A stretch of 64,000 nucleotides of DNA from assembly GCA_045613865.1 (NCBI GenBank), contig JAZLBT010000013.1:26846-90845 (forward strand), in the 5' to 3' direction. Below, in pieces: positions 39,831 to 50,500 of this stretch; position 1 is the stretch's first letter, and each line of letters begins with the position of its first letter. The DNA is from Candidatus Spyradenecus sp. Lineage in GTDB: Bacteria; Verrucomicrobiota; Kiritimatiellia; RFP12; DVOR01. The notes under the pieces are model-generated. The model was not told where the DNA came from and made no database searches. It worked only from the letters and a program-made list of their open reading frames with translations. A program made the translations under genes and the position numbers.

Positions 39831-40866
39831 AGAAAAACGATATTTTGCAATTGGTGCATTTGTGCTCTCGAGCTTAATGCTTTTAATTCTTGCTGGTATA
39901 CTCTTTGGTGGAGGCGACTTATTCCCCAAAAAATGTTATTTTGAAACCTATTTCAACACCTCTATTCAAGGGTTGGATGTTGGGAGCGCTGTGAAGTTTC
40001 GAGGCGTTTCTGTCGGCAAGGTTGAGTCCATTTCCTTTACACAGCAAATCTATCCTAATCAAACGCTTGATTTCTCAAATACAGAAGCATGTCTATCGTG
40101 TTCCTATGTGCGTATTCTCTGTTCTCTTGACCTCAAAAAATTCCCCAATCTTACGCAAGAACAACTTGAGATGATGAAAACGTTAGGTCTCTCTACAACG
40201 TTATCTATGCAAGGCATTACTGGAGGTATGCTCATCAATCTTGATTTCTTCTCTGAACCCGCGCCACAGCTTTCCTTTGATTGGACACCTGAAGAAGTTT
40301 ATATCCCCTCTCGCCCTACACAACTTGAAAACTTCATCAATGTCGCTGAAAAAATTGCAACGAATATTGAAAAGATTGACTTTTCAAGTACAATTGATTC
40401 AATCACAAAACTCACAGATCAAATTTCATTGTCTATCGAGAAGTCCAATATTCCGCATTTAACAGAATCTTGTCTTTCGCTTGTTACCTCGCTCAATAAT
40501 ATCGCTCAACAAATTAACAATTATATGAATGATGACAATGTAAAAGATATTATTGTCAATCTCAAAGACATTACACAGCATATCGCGAGTATAACATCAA
40601 CTGTCGATAATGAATTACCTACATTCGCCCAATCATCGACGGCAACCATTGTCACTATGCAGGAAAGTCTTTCAAAGCTTAATGAAACCTTAACAACAAT
40701 CTCTACTCTTTTAAAGACTGTTGCAACCGAGGTGGATTTTGGCGATATCTCAAATGAGGTCTCCTCGTCTGTCGGTCACCTCTCTCGTACGCTTTCCGCA
40801 CTTGAAGCATTAATCCATCAAATTCGTGAACGACCTTCACGTTTGCTCATTGATGACAAAGAATAA
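39793..40866 (+). CDS. mlaD: MCE-domain substrate-binding protein, MlaD-like, with extended C-terminal region.
   Basis: Transmembrane anchor, then MCE domain (VKFRGVSVGKVESI). 357 aa against ~180 for canonical MlaD. The start may be 39805 or 39823. Confidence 0.7.
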   Translation: MQANMRKDSLMRKEKRYFAIGAFVLSSLMLLILAGILFGGGDLFPKKCYFETYFNTSIQGLDVGSAVKFRGVSVGKVESISFTQQIYPNQTLDFSNTEACLSCSYVRILCSLDLKKFPNLTQEQLEMMKTLGLSTTLSMQGITGGMLINLDFFSEPAPQLSFDWTPEEVYIPSRPTQLENFINVAEKIATNIEKIDFSSTIDSITKLTDQISLSIEKSNIPHLTESCLSLVTSLNNIAQQINNYMNDDNVKDIIVNLKDITQHIASITSTVDNELPTFAQSSTATIVTMQESLSKLNETLTTISTLLKTVATEVDFGDISNEVSSSVGHLSRTLSALEALIHQIRERPSRLLIDDKE

Positions 40867-40880
40867 AGAAAGGGTTCCCC

Positions 40881-41444
40881 ATGAAAAAGCTTCCTCTCTT
40901 ATTACTTGCATTAACATGCTTCACAGGTTGTTTTTCAAGACCCGAAGCGAAACCTCATTATAGTGTTGGCCTAGAAGAAATCCGCGCACAGGATATTGAA
41001 TTCCCTCAATTTAAAACATTGAAGCTTACCCTTGAAAATGACATTCAGGCGATGTATGCGCCCTATGTATTCCACAACGATGGTCGCGTAACACTCTATA
41101 CTGCGCTCACCTATTATGCTCCGCTTCCTATCGCATTAGAACGCGCAATCAAGGATAATATCGTTCCGACAGCAACCATTGGAGAAGTCCCCCATCTAAA
41201 GCTCACGCTTACAGATTATGCTATCGACTTACGAAAAGAAAAGCCATTTGTTTTTGTTGGTATTAGAAGTAATGCCGCCTATATCACGCATGAAGATGGT
41301 CGCCGAACCCTTCAAACAAAAATTCCAGAGGGTTTACAAACGCTGGTAATAGCTACTGTTGAGCTCCCGATTCACTACACTCCTCAAGATGTGCGTCAAG
41401 CATTTGCACGTGCACTTCTTATCGTTTGCGATTCGCTCTATTAA
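40881..41444 (+). CDS. Lipoprotein, probable ABC-transport auxiliary component (MlaC/PqiC-like position).
   Basis: Lipobox LALTCFTGC. 187 aa. Immediately follows the MCE gene. Confidence 0.45.
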   Translation: MKKLPLLLLALTCFTGCFSRPEAKPHYSVGLEEIRAQDIEFPQFKTLKLTLENDIQAMYAPYVFHNDGRVTLYTALTYYAPLPIALERAIKDNIVPTATIGEVPHLKLTLTDYAIDLRKEKPFVFVGIRSNAAYITHEDGRRTLQTKIPEGLQTLVIATVELPIHYTPQDVRQAFARALLIVCDSLY

Positions 41445-41631
41445 AGTCAATCGTAAACAATATTTCTTCGCACGTATATCGTTTAAATTCACAAGAATTC
41501 AGTTATCCAATCGAATTCTTAAAAGAATGTTTAGAAATTTAGAAATTTTACAAAAAAAGTCTTTTCTTTTTAGATTCTTTTTTGTATAATACGCGCATTA
41601 CAACATTTTTGAGATTATTCAAAAAAAATGC

Positions 41632-41660
41632 TTGTAATGCGAGTGACTCTTTGCTATACT
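41632..41660 (+). promoter_or_regulatory. Sigma70-like promoter for the tRNA cluster.
   Basis: -35 TTGTAA (41632-41637), a 17-nt spacer, -10 TATACT (41655-41660). The tRNA 5' end is at 41675. Confidence 0.5.
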
Positions 41661-41674
41661 ATATTCCACTTTTT

Positions 41675-41748
41675 GCGGGTGTAGCTCAATGGCAGAGCTC
41701 CAGCCTTCCAAGCTGGCTACGAGGGTTCGATTCCCTTCACCCGCTCCA
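41675..41748 (+). tRNA. tRNA-Gly (anticodon UCC).
   Basis: Cloverleaf folded by hand: acceptor GCGGGTG/CACCCGC, anticodon loop CTTCCAA, T-loop TTCGATT, CCA encoded. Confidence 0.85.
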
Positions 41749-41757
41749 TCCATTCCT

Positions 41758-41842
41758 GCCGGAGTGGTGAAATGGCAGACACAGCAGACTCAAAATCTGC
41801 CGCCCCTAAAGCGTGTGGGTTCGACTCCCACCTCCGGCACCA
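41758..41842 (+). tRNA. tRNA-Leu (anticodon CAA), with long variable arm.
   Basis: Acceptor GCCGGAG/CTCCGGC, anticodon loop CTCAAAA, long variable arm, T-loop TTCGACT, CCA encoded. Confidence 0.85.
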
Positions 41843-41866
41843 TTAATCCCTAGGATGGGGGAGTTC

Positions 41867-41943
41867 GGGCGGTTAACTCAGTTGGTTAGAGTTCCTGATT
41901 TACACTCAGGCTGTCGGTGGTTCGAGTCCGCCACCGCCCACCA
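41867..41943 (+). tRNA. tRNA-Val (anticodon UAC).
   Basis: Acceptor GGGCGGT/ACCGCCC, anticodon loop TTTACAC, T-loop TTCGAGT, CCA encoded. Confidence 0.85.
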
Positions 41944-41961
41944 AATAAAATGATTGATTGG

Positions 41962-41985
41962 CAGCGCATATGCGCTGTTTTTTTG
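41962..41985 (+). terminator. Rho-independent terminator after the tRNA cluster.
   Basis: Palindrome CAGCGCATATGCGCTG followed by TTTTTTT. Confidence 0.75.
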
Positions 41986-42121
41986 TTTTAAGACCTCGTT
42001 TATTTAGTGTCAATGCATTATCGTCTCTAATAAAAAAATGCTAAAAAGTCTTTTGCTATTTTCATTTGTATAAAGTATAATATATAAATACAAAAGATTT
42101 CACGTAAGGAGTCGCCCAAAA

Positions 42122-43114
42122 ATGACAAAGACGAATATTCCAACAAATGAAACAATCAAACATTGTATTTCTATCCTCTCTGCAATTCGTACAGAAGTCA
42201 ATAAAACGCTTATCGGACAAGAGCGTCTTGTTAACGCGCTTCTTATTGCACTCTTAACTGGTGGACATATTTTGTTGGAAGGCGTTCCTGGTTTGGCCAA
42301 AACAACCGCAGTGCGAGCACTTGCCGCAGCATTGGGGCTTGATACAAAACGCATTTCTTTTACTCCAGACTTGCTCCCCGCGGATGTTATTGGTAATTTG
42401 ATTTACAATCAAAAAGATGGCACCTTTACGCCTCACAAAGGACCTGTTTTCTCTAACTTACTCATTGCCGACGAAATTAACCGTGCACCAGCCAAGGTTC
42501 AGTCTGCATTACTCGAAGCCATGCAAGAACGACAAGTCACGCTTGGCGATACGACTTATCAGCTTCCTAAGCCCTTCCTTGTTATGGCAACCCAAAACCC
42601 AATTGAACAAGAAGGCACCTACCCTTTGCCAGAAGCACAAACAGATCGTTTTATGTTAAAGTGTGTCGTTCGCCATCCCTCAATGGATGAAGAACGTCGC
42701 ATTATGGAACGTTTCACACAACCCGTTTTAGTAACGCCTGAATGCTGTGTTACGGCGGAGGAACTAAAGACTTTAACCACGGCAATTCAATCGGTTTACT
42801 GCGATAGTAAAATACAAGACTACATCCTTGCCATTGTATTTGCAACGCGTGAACCCGAAAAAACACCCGCATTAGTTTCTTTAAAGAATGCAATTGCCCT
42901 CGGGGCATCTCCTCGCGCATCCCTTTGTCTTAATCTTGCGGCACGTGCAAATGCGCTTCTTAAAGGTCGCGATTATGCTACACCACAAGACGTTAAAGAT
43001 GTCGCACACGAAGTCTTACGTCACCGCATTCTTCTCACCTATGAAGCAGAAGCAGAAGAACTCACAAGTGAAGAGGTCATCAACAAAATCCTTGACGAGA
43101 TTCCCGTTCCTTAA
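42122..43114 (+). CDS. MoxR-family AAA+ ATPase.
   Basis: Walker A GVPGLAKT, Walker B LIADEINRA, and a MoxR-specific C-terminal region. Confidence 0.85.
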   Translation: MTKTNIPTNETIKHCISILSAIRTEVNKTLIGQERLVNALLIALLTGGHILLEGVPGLAKTTAVRALAAALGLDTKRISFTPDLLPADVIGNLIYNQKDGTFTPHKGPVFSNLLIADEINRAPAKVQSALLEAMQERQVTLGDTTYQLPKPFLVMATQNPIEQEGTYPLPEAQTDRFMLKCVVRHPSMDEERRIMERFTQPVLVTPECCVTAEELKTLTTAIQSVYCDSKIQDYILAIVFATREPEKTPALVSLKNAIALGASPRASLCLNLAARANALLKGRDYATPQDVKDVAHEVLRHRILLTYEAEAEELTSEEVINKILDEIPVP

Positions 43115-43129
43115 GCGTAAAGTTTACCA

Positions 43130-44014
43130 ATGGCAATTGATACGACCGAATTAATGAAGGAAGTAGGACGCATTCGCATCCTCACGCGGCGTCTTCTTGA
43201 TGATCAACTCAGCGGTGATTATCATTCCGTATTCAAAGGTCAAGGTGTTGAATTTGATGAGTCGCGCCCTTATCAACCAGGCGATGACGTTCGCAAGATT
43301 GACTGGAATGTCACCGCACGTACAGGCATCCCTCACGTCAAACGATTTAATGAAGAGCGAGAATTAACAATTCTCTTTGTTGTAGACGTTTCAGGAAGCC
43401 ATAGTTTTGGTACTGGCGGCCACTCAAAAGCAATGCGTGCAGCAGAAATTACAGCACTTCTTGCAATGACTGCCTTACAAAACCAAGACAAGGTTGGGCT
43501 CGTTCTTTTTTCCGATAGGATTGTCAAGACTCTACCTCCAAGAAAAGGAAGAACTGCGGTACAGCGCTTGGTCCGCGAAGTGCTTGCGACGGAAGAAACA
43601 CGTGAAGGGACAAATATCAAAGAAGCGATTCGTTATCTCTCCGCAACACTTCACCGTAAGGCGATCATTTTCTTTGTTTCAGACTTCCGTGATCAAAACT
43701 TTGAACGAGAACTTACCGTGCTCGCTCGACGTCATGACGTAATTGCTTGCCGCATTTTTGATCCTGCAGAGAATCAACTCCCCAATGTCGGGCTTGTTGA
43801 ACTTCTTGATCCTGAAACACATCAAACTATTCTTGTTGACACCTCAAGTCGTTTTGTACGAGATTCCTTTGCAAAAGCTGAGACGGAACGTATTGAACGC
43901 CTTCATAAAACATTTCTCCGCATTGGTGCAGACGTACTTGACGTTTCCACCCAAGCCCCTTATATTAAGGATGTTCGCGACCTCTTTCGCCGTCGTGCTT
44001 TAAGGAGACATTAG
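43130..44014 (+). CDS. DUF58 (vWA-like) protein, MoxR partner.
   Basis: DUF58 pattern (…KGQGVEFDESRPYQPGDD…IDWN…) immediately downstream of moxR. Confidence 0.7.
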   Translation: MAIDTTELMKEVGRIRILTRRLLDDQLSGDYHSVFKGQGVEFDESRPYQPGDDVRKIDWNVTARTGIPHVKRFNEERELTILFVVDVSGSHSFGTGGHSKAMRAAEITALLAMTALQNQDKVGLVLFSDRIVKTLPPRKGRTAVQRLVREVLATEETREGTNIKEAIRYLSATLHRKAIIFFVSDFRDQNFERELTVLARRHDVIACRIFDPAENQLPNVGLVELLDPETHQTILVDTSSRFVRDSFAKAETERIERLHKTFLRIGADVLDVSTQAPYIKDVRDLFRRRALRRH

Positions 44015-44017
44015 TAT

Positions 44018-45241
44018 ATGGATTCTGTTATTGACATTTTCAAAATCGGCATTGGTCCCTCAAGTTCACATACCATGGGCCCTCGACGCGCCGCAGAAAA
44101 GTTCTTACTCAAAGCGCCTCAAGCTGTGCGTTTTCGTGTCACACTCTTTGGGTCTCTTGCCGCCACTGGAAAAGGTCACTTAACAGATAAAGCCATCCTT
44201 GATATCCTCGGAGCTGATCGTACCGAAATCCTCTGGGAACCCTATACTATTCTCCCCTTCCATCCTAATGGCATGCTCTTTGAAGGATTAACGGAGGCGG
44301 GAACATCCTTTATTCAGTGGGAAGTCTATAGTATTGGCGGAGGCTTTTTAAGTGAAGGTCCCGATCAAGAGAAAAAGCCCTCCGTTCACTATCCCTACAC
44401 GACAATGGATGGCGTCTTAAAGTGGTATGGTGAAACAGGTCGCATCTTTTGGGAATATGTCCTCGAATACGAAGGTCAGAGTGTTTTTGAACATCTTCGT
44501 GAAGTTTGGCGCGTGATGCGAGAATCCGTAGAGAGAGGTCTTGAAGCAGAGGGTGTTCTTCCTGGAGGTTTAGGTCTTCAACGCAAGGCAAGTGCATACT
44601 ATCGACGCGCGGTTGGCATGCGCGAAGGTCTTCGTGGACGAGGCCTCCTTTTTGCGTACGCACTTGCTGTATCAGAAGAGAATGCCGCTGGAACGGGCTT
44701 AATTGTTACTGCTCCAACATGTGGTAGCGCGGGTGTCTTGCCTGCCGTCTTATACTACCTTTATCGCCATCATGATGTTCCAGAAAAACGTATAATCCGA
44801 GCACTCGCAACTGCAGGATTAATCGGCGCAATTGTTAAAGAAAATGCTTCCATCAGCGGCGCAGAAGTTGGTTGCCAAGGAGAAATCGGGGTTGCTTGTG
44901 CAATGGCTGCAGCAGCCGTTAACCAAATTTTTGGAGGTTCTCCCAATCAAATCGAATATGCAGCCGAAATGGGACTTGAGCACCATCTCGGTTTAACCTG
45001 TGACCCAGTATGCGGACTTGTTCAAATTCCTTGTATCGAGCGTAATGCGTTTGCTGCTGCTCGTGCAATGGATGCCAATATGTATGCATGTCTCTCTGAT
45101 GGTCGCCACAATATATCCTTTGATAAGGTCGTTCGAACAATGTTAGAAACGGGGCACGATCTTCCAAATCTCTATAAAGAAACCTCTACTGGTGGACTTG
45201 CACGTTTCACACATGAAAACGTATTCGACAAGTTAACCTAA
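44018..45241 (+). CDS. sdaA: L-serine dehydratase, iron-sulfur dependent (single chain).
   Basis: The N-terminus MDSVIDIFKIGIGPSSSHTMGP is diagnostic. Conserved Cys residues further in. Confidence 0.8.
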   Translation: MDSVIDIFKIGIGPSSSHTMGPRRAAEKFLLKAPQAVRFRVTLFGSLAATGKGHLTDKAILDILGADRTEILWEPYTILPFHPNGMLFEGLTEAGTSFIQWEVYSIGGGFLSEGPDQEKKPSVHYPYTTMDGVLKWYGETGRIFWEYVLEYEGQSVFEHLREVWRVMRESVERGLEAEGVLPGGLGLQRKASAYYRRAVGMREGLRGRGLLFAYALAVSEENAAGTGLIVTAPTCGSAGVLPAVLYYLYRHHDVPEKRIIRALATAGLIGAIVKENASISGAEVGCQGEIGVACAMAAAAVNQIFGGSPNQIEYAAEMGLEHHLGLTCDPVCGLVQIPCIERNAFAAARAMDANMYACLSDGRHNISFDKVVRTMLETGHDLPNLYKETSTGGLARFTHENVFDKLT

Positions 45242-45308
45242 TTATGTTATACTTCACTTAATGTTTTTCGACAAAACTTTTTAATACTTCGTAAGAAAGG
45301 TTCTACTC

Positions 45309-45884
45309 ATGACAGACAATGATGTTCTTGATATCTTCAAGGAAACAAAGGCACTTCTTGAAGGACATTTTGAGTTACGCTCAAAGCTTCACTCTAATCG
45401 CTACTTCCAATGCGCAGAAGTTCTTCGCTGGCCACATCATGCACAAACTCTTTGTACAGAGCTCGTCCAACGTATGAAGGCAACGGAAGACATCGGAGAA
45501 ATCGAAGGTGTTATTTCTCCCGCGCTCGGCGGTATTATTGTGGGTCATGAAGTTGCTAAAGCTCTTAATACCCAATGCATCTTTGCTGAAAAGAATGCAG
45601 AAGGTATGCTTGTCATGCGTCGCTTCAAGATTATCCCTGGCAAGCGCTATGTTGTCGCAGAGGACGTAATTACACGTGGTGGCCGCGTACAGGAAACCAT
45701 CGACATCGTCAAGGCTGCAGGAGCAGAGGTTGCTGCAGTTCTCGTGCTTGTTGATCGTTCTGGTGGAAAAGCCAAGTTTGATTATCCAACCCACGCACTT
45801 CTTCATATTGAACCACAAGTTTGGGAACCTTGCGATTGTCCTATGTGTAAGGCTGAAGAGCCCTTCGTACACCCAGGCTCGTAA
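45309..45884 (+). CDS. pyrE: Orotate phosphoribosyltransferase.
   Basis: GHFELRSKLHSNRYFQ (PRPP/orotate loop) and PRTase motif YVVAEDVITRGG. 191 aa. Confidence 0.7.
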   Translation: MTDNDVLDIFKETKALLEGHFELRSKLHSNRYFQCAEVLRWPHHAQTLCTELVQRMKATEDIGEIEGVISPALGGIIVGHEVAKALNTQCIFAEKNAEGMLVMRRFKIIPGKRYVVAEDVITRGGRVQETIDIVKAAGAEVAAVLVLVDRSGGKAKFDYPTHALLHIEPQVWEPCDCPMCKAEEPFVHPGS

Positions 45885-45901
45885 AACACATACATCTAGC
45901 A

Positions 45902-45937
45902 AGAGAGAGGCAAGACTTTGCCTCTCTCTTTGTTTTA
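45902..45937 (+). terminator. Rho-independent terminator after pyrE.
   Basis: 12-bp perfect stem AGAGAGAGGCAA-GACT-TTGCCTCTCTCT followed by a T-rich tract. Confidence 0.7.
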
Positions 45938-46064
45938 TCCGTGTCGATCTGTGCACAAAAGAATACATCTACAATCACCTCATTCAAGGACCTCCACAAA
46001 TATACAAAAATATACTATACTATAGGTATGTAAAAAATACAAAACCAATAAAGGAGGATTAACT

Positions 46065-46496
46065 ATGAACAAGAAAATAATCATACTCACACTTGCAAGT
46101 GTCCTTTTAATTACACCCCCAGCACAGGCAAGTGTTGGCAAAATTGCCGCAGCTGCAGGCGTTACACTTATTGGAGGACTTATTGCATATGACCTTCTAA
46201 CCGATGACGATGCTTCATGTCATGCATCATGCTATGTATGTGGAGAACGTCTTCAACACCACGAAATCGCGCATTGGGCCCATCGTAGAGATTATCATTA
46301 CTCAGACTTTTGCCCACATGGCGTACGTTGCTGTTACGAACAACGTCCAATTGTAGTTAATCACGTTGTCGTTAAACACCCCAAACCACATAAGCCAACG
46401 ATCAAACCCAAGAGAGAGCCTTCACGAAAAGCTCCACCAGCAAAGAAGGGACCTCCCAAACACAATAAGCCAGCAAAGAAAAAACCGCGTCATTAA
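46065..46496 (+). CDS. Small secreted Cys/His-rich protein with Lys/Pro-rich basic tail.
   Basis: Signal peptide. Cluster CHASCYVCGERLQHHEIAHWAHRRDYHYSDFCPHGVRCCYEQ. C-terminal KP-rich tail. Confidence 0.4.
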   Translation: MNKKIIILTLASVLLITPPAQASVGKIAAAAGVTLIGGLIAYDLLTDDDASCHASCYVCGERLQHHEIAHWAHRRDYHYSDFCPHGVRCCYEQRPIVVNHVVVKHPKPHKPTIKPKREPSRKAPPAKKGPPKHNKPAKKKPRH

Positions 46497-46532
46497 AAAA
46501 GAAGAGGATAGGTAAATGCCTATCCTCTTTTT
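46495..46532. terminator. Bidirectional rho-independent terminator between convergent genes.
   Basis: 9-bp stem GAGGATAGG-TAAATG-CCTATCCTC, flanked by an A-run upstream and a T-run downstream. Confidence 0.7.
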
Positions 46533-46538
46533 ATACCA

Positions 46539-47531
46539 CTACTTCCTTGCACACGCAAGCATATGCGGCATTGGTGGTGGCACCGGCCCAATCATAAACT
46601 CCTTAAACCCTGCCTCCGCACACCATTGTGAAAGCTCAACATCCGAAAACACCCAACCATGTTCCGTTGTTAATGCCATATTCACAGCGAACAACGCAGA
46701 GAAGGTTGGTGTTGTATGATCCGCGCCTGTCATCATATCAAGAATATAAACACACCCGCCTACGCGTATCGCACGATAAGCCCGCTTAAGAATATCAACA
46801 ATCATCGCTGGTGACTCTTGATGCAAACAACCAAAAAGTGTTACTACATCATACATCTCTTCTGGCCATTGATCAACATGATAATCCCCTGCATGACATG
46901 TAATTTGACGAGCATGTGAAGCCGTCATTTCCGTTGCAATCGCAGATATTGCAGGCAAGTCATAAGTATCACACGTTAGCGTTTCATCCGCCTTTGCCAT
47001 CAATAGCGCATAAGCTCCAGGTCCACCTGCGAGGTCAAGCACTCGCGCGCCCTTCGGCAACTTTAAATGTGGCACTATTGCCTGCCCAATTGCCATTGCT
47101 CGACCATACATTGACAATGCGAAACGACGTGTTCGTTCTGCATCTTCACCCAAATGAATCTCTGGCTTTTCTACAGGTTTACCTGTCTGTACAAATTGTG
47201 TTAATTTTCCCCATGCTTGATATACATCTCGATTATACGCGATAGCACAAGTAAGGTCATGTGACGCCTGTTTAACTAACGTCAAGGCTGTTGCTGGTGT
47301 CAAAGCATAACGGCCATCGCTCTTCGTTAACAGACCAATGGAAACCGCAGCATCAAGCAATAACGTTATCCCACGTTGCGAACAGTGGCAATGAACCGCG
47401 AGTTTCTCTGCTGTTGGATCATCACACTCTTTGATCATCGTAAAAAGATCTAAATCAAGCGCAGAAAAAAGAACTGATGACCCGTAGAAGGCGCTCGCTA
47501 AATCAATAATTTGAGGAACCTGCAATTCCAT
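46539..47531 (-). CDS. Class I SAM-dependent O-methyltransferase (COMT/PF00891-like with N-terminal dimerisation domain).
   Basis: SAM motif VLDLAGGPGAYA plus the downstream acidic and catalytic His region. Start overlaps the upstream gene's stop by 1 nt. Confidence 0.7.
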   Translation of the reverse strand: MELQVPQIIDLASAFYGSSVLFSALDLDLFTMIKECDDPTAEKLAVHCHCSQRGITLLLDAAVSIGLLTKSDGRYALTPATALTLVKQASHDLTCAIAYNRDVYQAWGKLTQFVQTGKPVEKPEIHLGEDAERTRRFALSMYGRAMAIGQAIVPHLKLPKGARVLDLAGGPGAYALLMAKADETLTCDTYDLPAISAIATEMTASHARQITCHAGDYHVDQWPEEMYDVVTLFGCLHQESPAMIVDILKRAYRAIRVGGCVYILDMMTGADHTTPTFSALFAVNMALTTEHGWVFSDVELSQWCAEAGFKEFMIGPVPPPMPHMLACARK

Positions 47532-50500
47532 TAATACAACTTCTTTCCATAAATCATCATCTTACGCAAATGTAAGAAGGTTTTATTCGCACCCGTGCAA
47601 CGTACACGAACATATTGACCTTTCACAGGAGGGAATGTATACGTATAATCACGTTTGGCAGTAGCTTCCTCTACTACCGTTTGCCACTTCTTCCCATCCT
47701 CAGAAACTTCAACCACAAAAGGCACCAATCGCGCTATATTTCCCGTTGTATTCTTAAGGAAGACTCGCGAGACCTCAGAAGGTCCTGCCAATTCTACTTC
47801 TGCCCAAGGACCGACCTCTTCCCGTGTATGGAATGCATCCGTTTCAACCTTATCATCAATCACATGACGATAAGCAGATGGATGATCCCATTGAGACGTT
47901 GAAGAGATGCGAAGCAATCCATTCGCGGAACACAAATACCCCCACTGTTTTGCCTCTTCTTCATTAAACAATACAGCACGATCCACCGGTTTCAAACGAT
48001 CTTGCAAATCACAAAGAGACTGAAATGCCGCTATATTTTGCGCATTACTAGCGCCAATAATCGCATCCCTAACGTACTTGCCAAGCACATCTCCCGCACC
48101 ATCCTCCTTATCAAGTATTTCATTTAGTGCAGCGATATAACGCGAAGCATAATCTTTATCTTCAAGAAAGCGTCCGCTCCCCCAACGAATCACGCGTCCA
48201 AATGCATCTCTTGTTCCAAACTGTGCAGTTAATACTGCGTTAAATAAATCAAATACTTGAGACTTCCCAGAAAGACGTTTCTCATGATCATTAAGGATTC
48301 GCTCATAATCACAAAATTCCGCAGTTTCATGTTCTCCCTGCTTCATTAGTCGATGTAAATCTATAAGAATCTTTGCAACTTCTTCCTTCTTTAAAAGTTG
48401 CTCAATCGTTGGCAAAATTTCACGATGAATTAAATCCCATACTGGTTCAAGGTGATGTCCCATGCCCCTTGCGGTCAGCTTAGCAAAGCGCACCCACTCT
48501 GCACGCGCATCCTTAAACGTGCCACACTTCTTAAGATAGTTCGCATATGCTCGCCAAGTGTGGAGGTTTACGGGACAAAGTTTACCGCTCAAACGATAAA
48601 GTCCAAGAACCTTCTTATTCACCTTCTCAACAGGCTCAACCGAAACTTCAAGTCCTGCCCCATAATTAAAATTGAAATACCGCAATTCAAAACGATGTAC
48701 ACCCTTCTTCAATTTTAGCGTCTTTGACGTTCCACGCATCGCATGAACCCCATCCTCGCCTGCAACAGGTTTACCATCTATCCAAAGTCTTGCGCCATCA
48801 TCCGAGCGAACGTCCACCATTACCTCACCCGTCTGAGGCATCGTCAAAGTCCCCTTCCAAACATAACACACATAATCCTTTTGGACACGATTAATTGCAA
48901 AATTCTCAACAGCCTCCCACCTTCCAAGCACTTCAAGCAAGGCGAGGCTTTTCGGCAATTCCTTTCCTTGCCATGCATAAGCTACACACTTCATTGGAGA
49001 GAGTTTTGGCGTAGCCGTCAATTGACCGCGTAGAATCTCTGCCGTCCAAAGAGCTCGCATGGAATCACGATACTTAGAATGAGCAAACAACTCATTTTGT
49101 AAGTCCAACATAGAAAACGAATAAACGTTCTTCCACGGCAAGAAATGTGCACCTGTATACGGATTTACATTATAGTCAATTTCCCAACGTAACATCCGAG
49201 GTTGCCATAAGTTATACGCACAATGCGCAGGCTGTCCTCCTGTTGTTGCTGGTAATCCGTGTGCACGTGCAGCCATACAACCATAATGACTCAATGACCC
49301 ACACACACCTCCTATCTTGCGGGCCGTCTCATGACGTACATAAACATGATCCCATGGTCGATAATAAATCGGACCATGAATTGAATCACCAAAGAAATTA
49401 TGTACACGATATGCCGCAAACCAACACACCCCTGCATAATCACTTGGCGAAACATGATGTTGCTTTACAATCCATGCCATTGATGCCGCATCACCCTGAC
49501 TTGTTGCAAAAACAAAGCGCATTTGATCTACGCGTAAATCATCCATTCCCTTTATTAGCAACAACTCCTTACGCGTCTGCAATAATACTTGTAACGCATA
49601 GAAAACATCCGATGGATCTTCCTGTGCATTTAATGCAGCAGCAGTTGCCCATCGTAAATCAGCATCCGTCGGCATTGTTTCCTTAAATGAATGATAATAA
49701 ATCGCATCCAAAGCAAGTAATGCATTATCCCATGTTGTTGAAGGATCACCCGAGGCAAAAAAATCCTCCATCCATACTTGATTGTCAAAAAAAGCCTTTA
49801 AAAAAGATGCTCCACCTTCACGTGCAAGAATTTTTTCAAACGTGCTTTCTTTTAAAACGGTCCATGCATATCGCTTCACAATGGGGTCGCGGGGTTTTAT
49901 TTGATATGGTTTTAAATCCACCTTCTCTTCAAGAACCTCTCTCAAAGGCATCACCCGACGAATTGTAATTGCGCCCTCATTCTCCGTAGGATTCTCAACA
50001 TCGAGTATAAAATTCAACATTGGCCCTTCAAGAGTTGTCTCGAAAATAATATCCTTTCCCTCATGAAGGACAAGATCAACTGGCTTCTCAAACGAGGTTT
50101 CAAGAGAAAGACAGTTGCCCGTCAAAGAGACAAGCGACATTTTCCCCGAGCCCTTCGTTCGCTTAATATTGATTGCGTAACGCCCAGGACCTGATATATA
50201 ACGCTTTATCCCCGTTGACACCGTCCATTTATTCGTCCCAGTAGACACATGCTTTGCACGCCAACCATATGGAACAGCCACAGGCCCCTCACCCCACATA
50301 CATAGATAACCTAAAGCACCAGCTCCAAAATGCGTCTCCGTACCCATTGCCACGACCTGTTTCAGTACTTCTACACATGCCTCACGCTTTGCTGGCACAT
50401 CCTTATAAAGCACAAATGGCAACAATGCAATTGCTTGACGTTGATTTAATGTCAATTGTTCTTGCGGTTTTGCCTTAATCTCAGCAATTCGCGCCTCCCC

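Noticed and set aside
41675-41943. tRNA cluster as an integration hotspot or mobile-element boundary.
   Set aside because: No integrase, transposase, direct repeats of the tRNA 3' ends or compositional shift are seen on either side. Flanking genes are housekeeping (mla, moxR).
42122-44014. MoxR–DUF58 pair as part of a novel system.
   Set aside because: This is the classic, widespread MoxR AAA+/DUF58 (vWA) two-gene module. No additional unusual partners (BatA-D-like) are present in the window.
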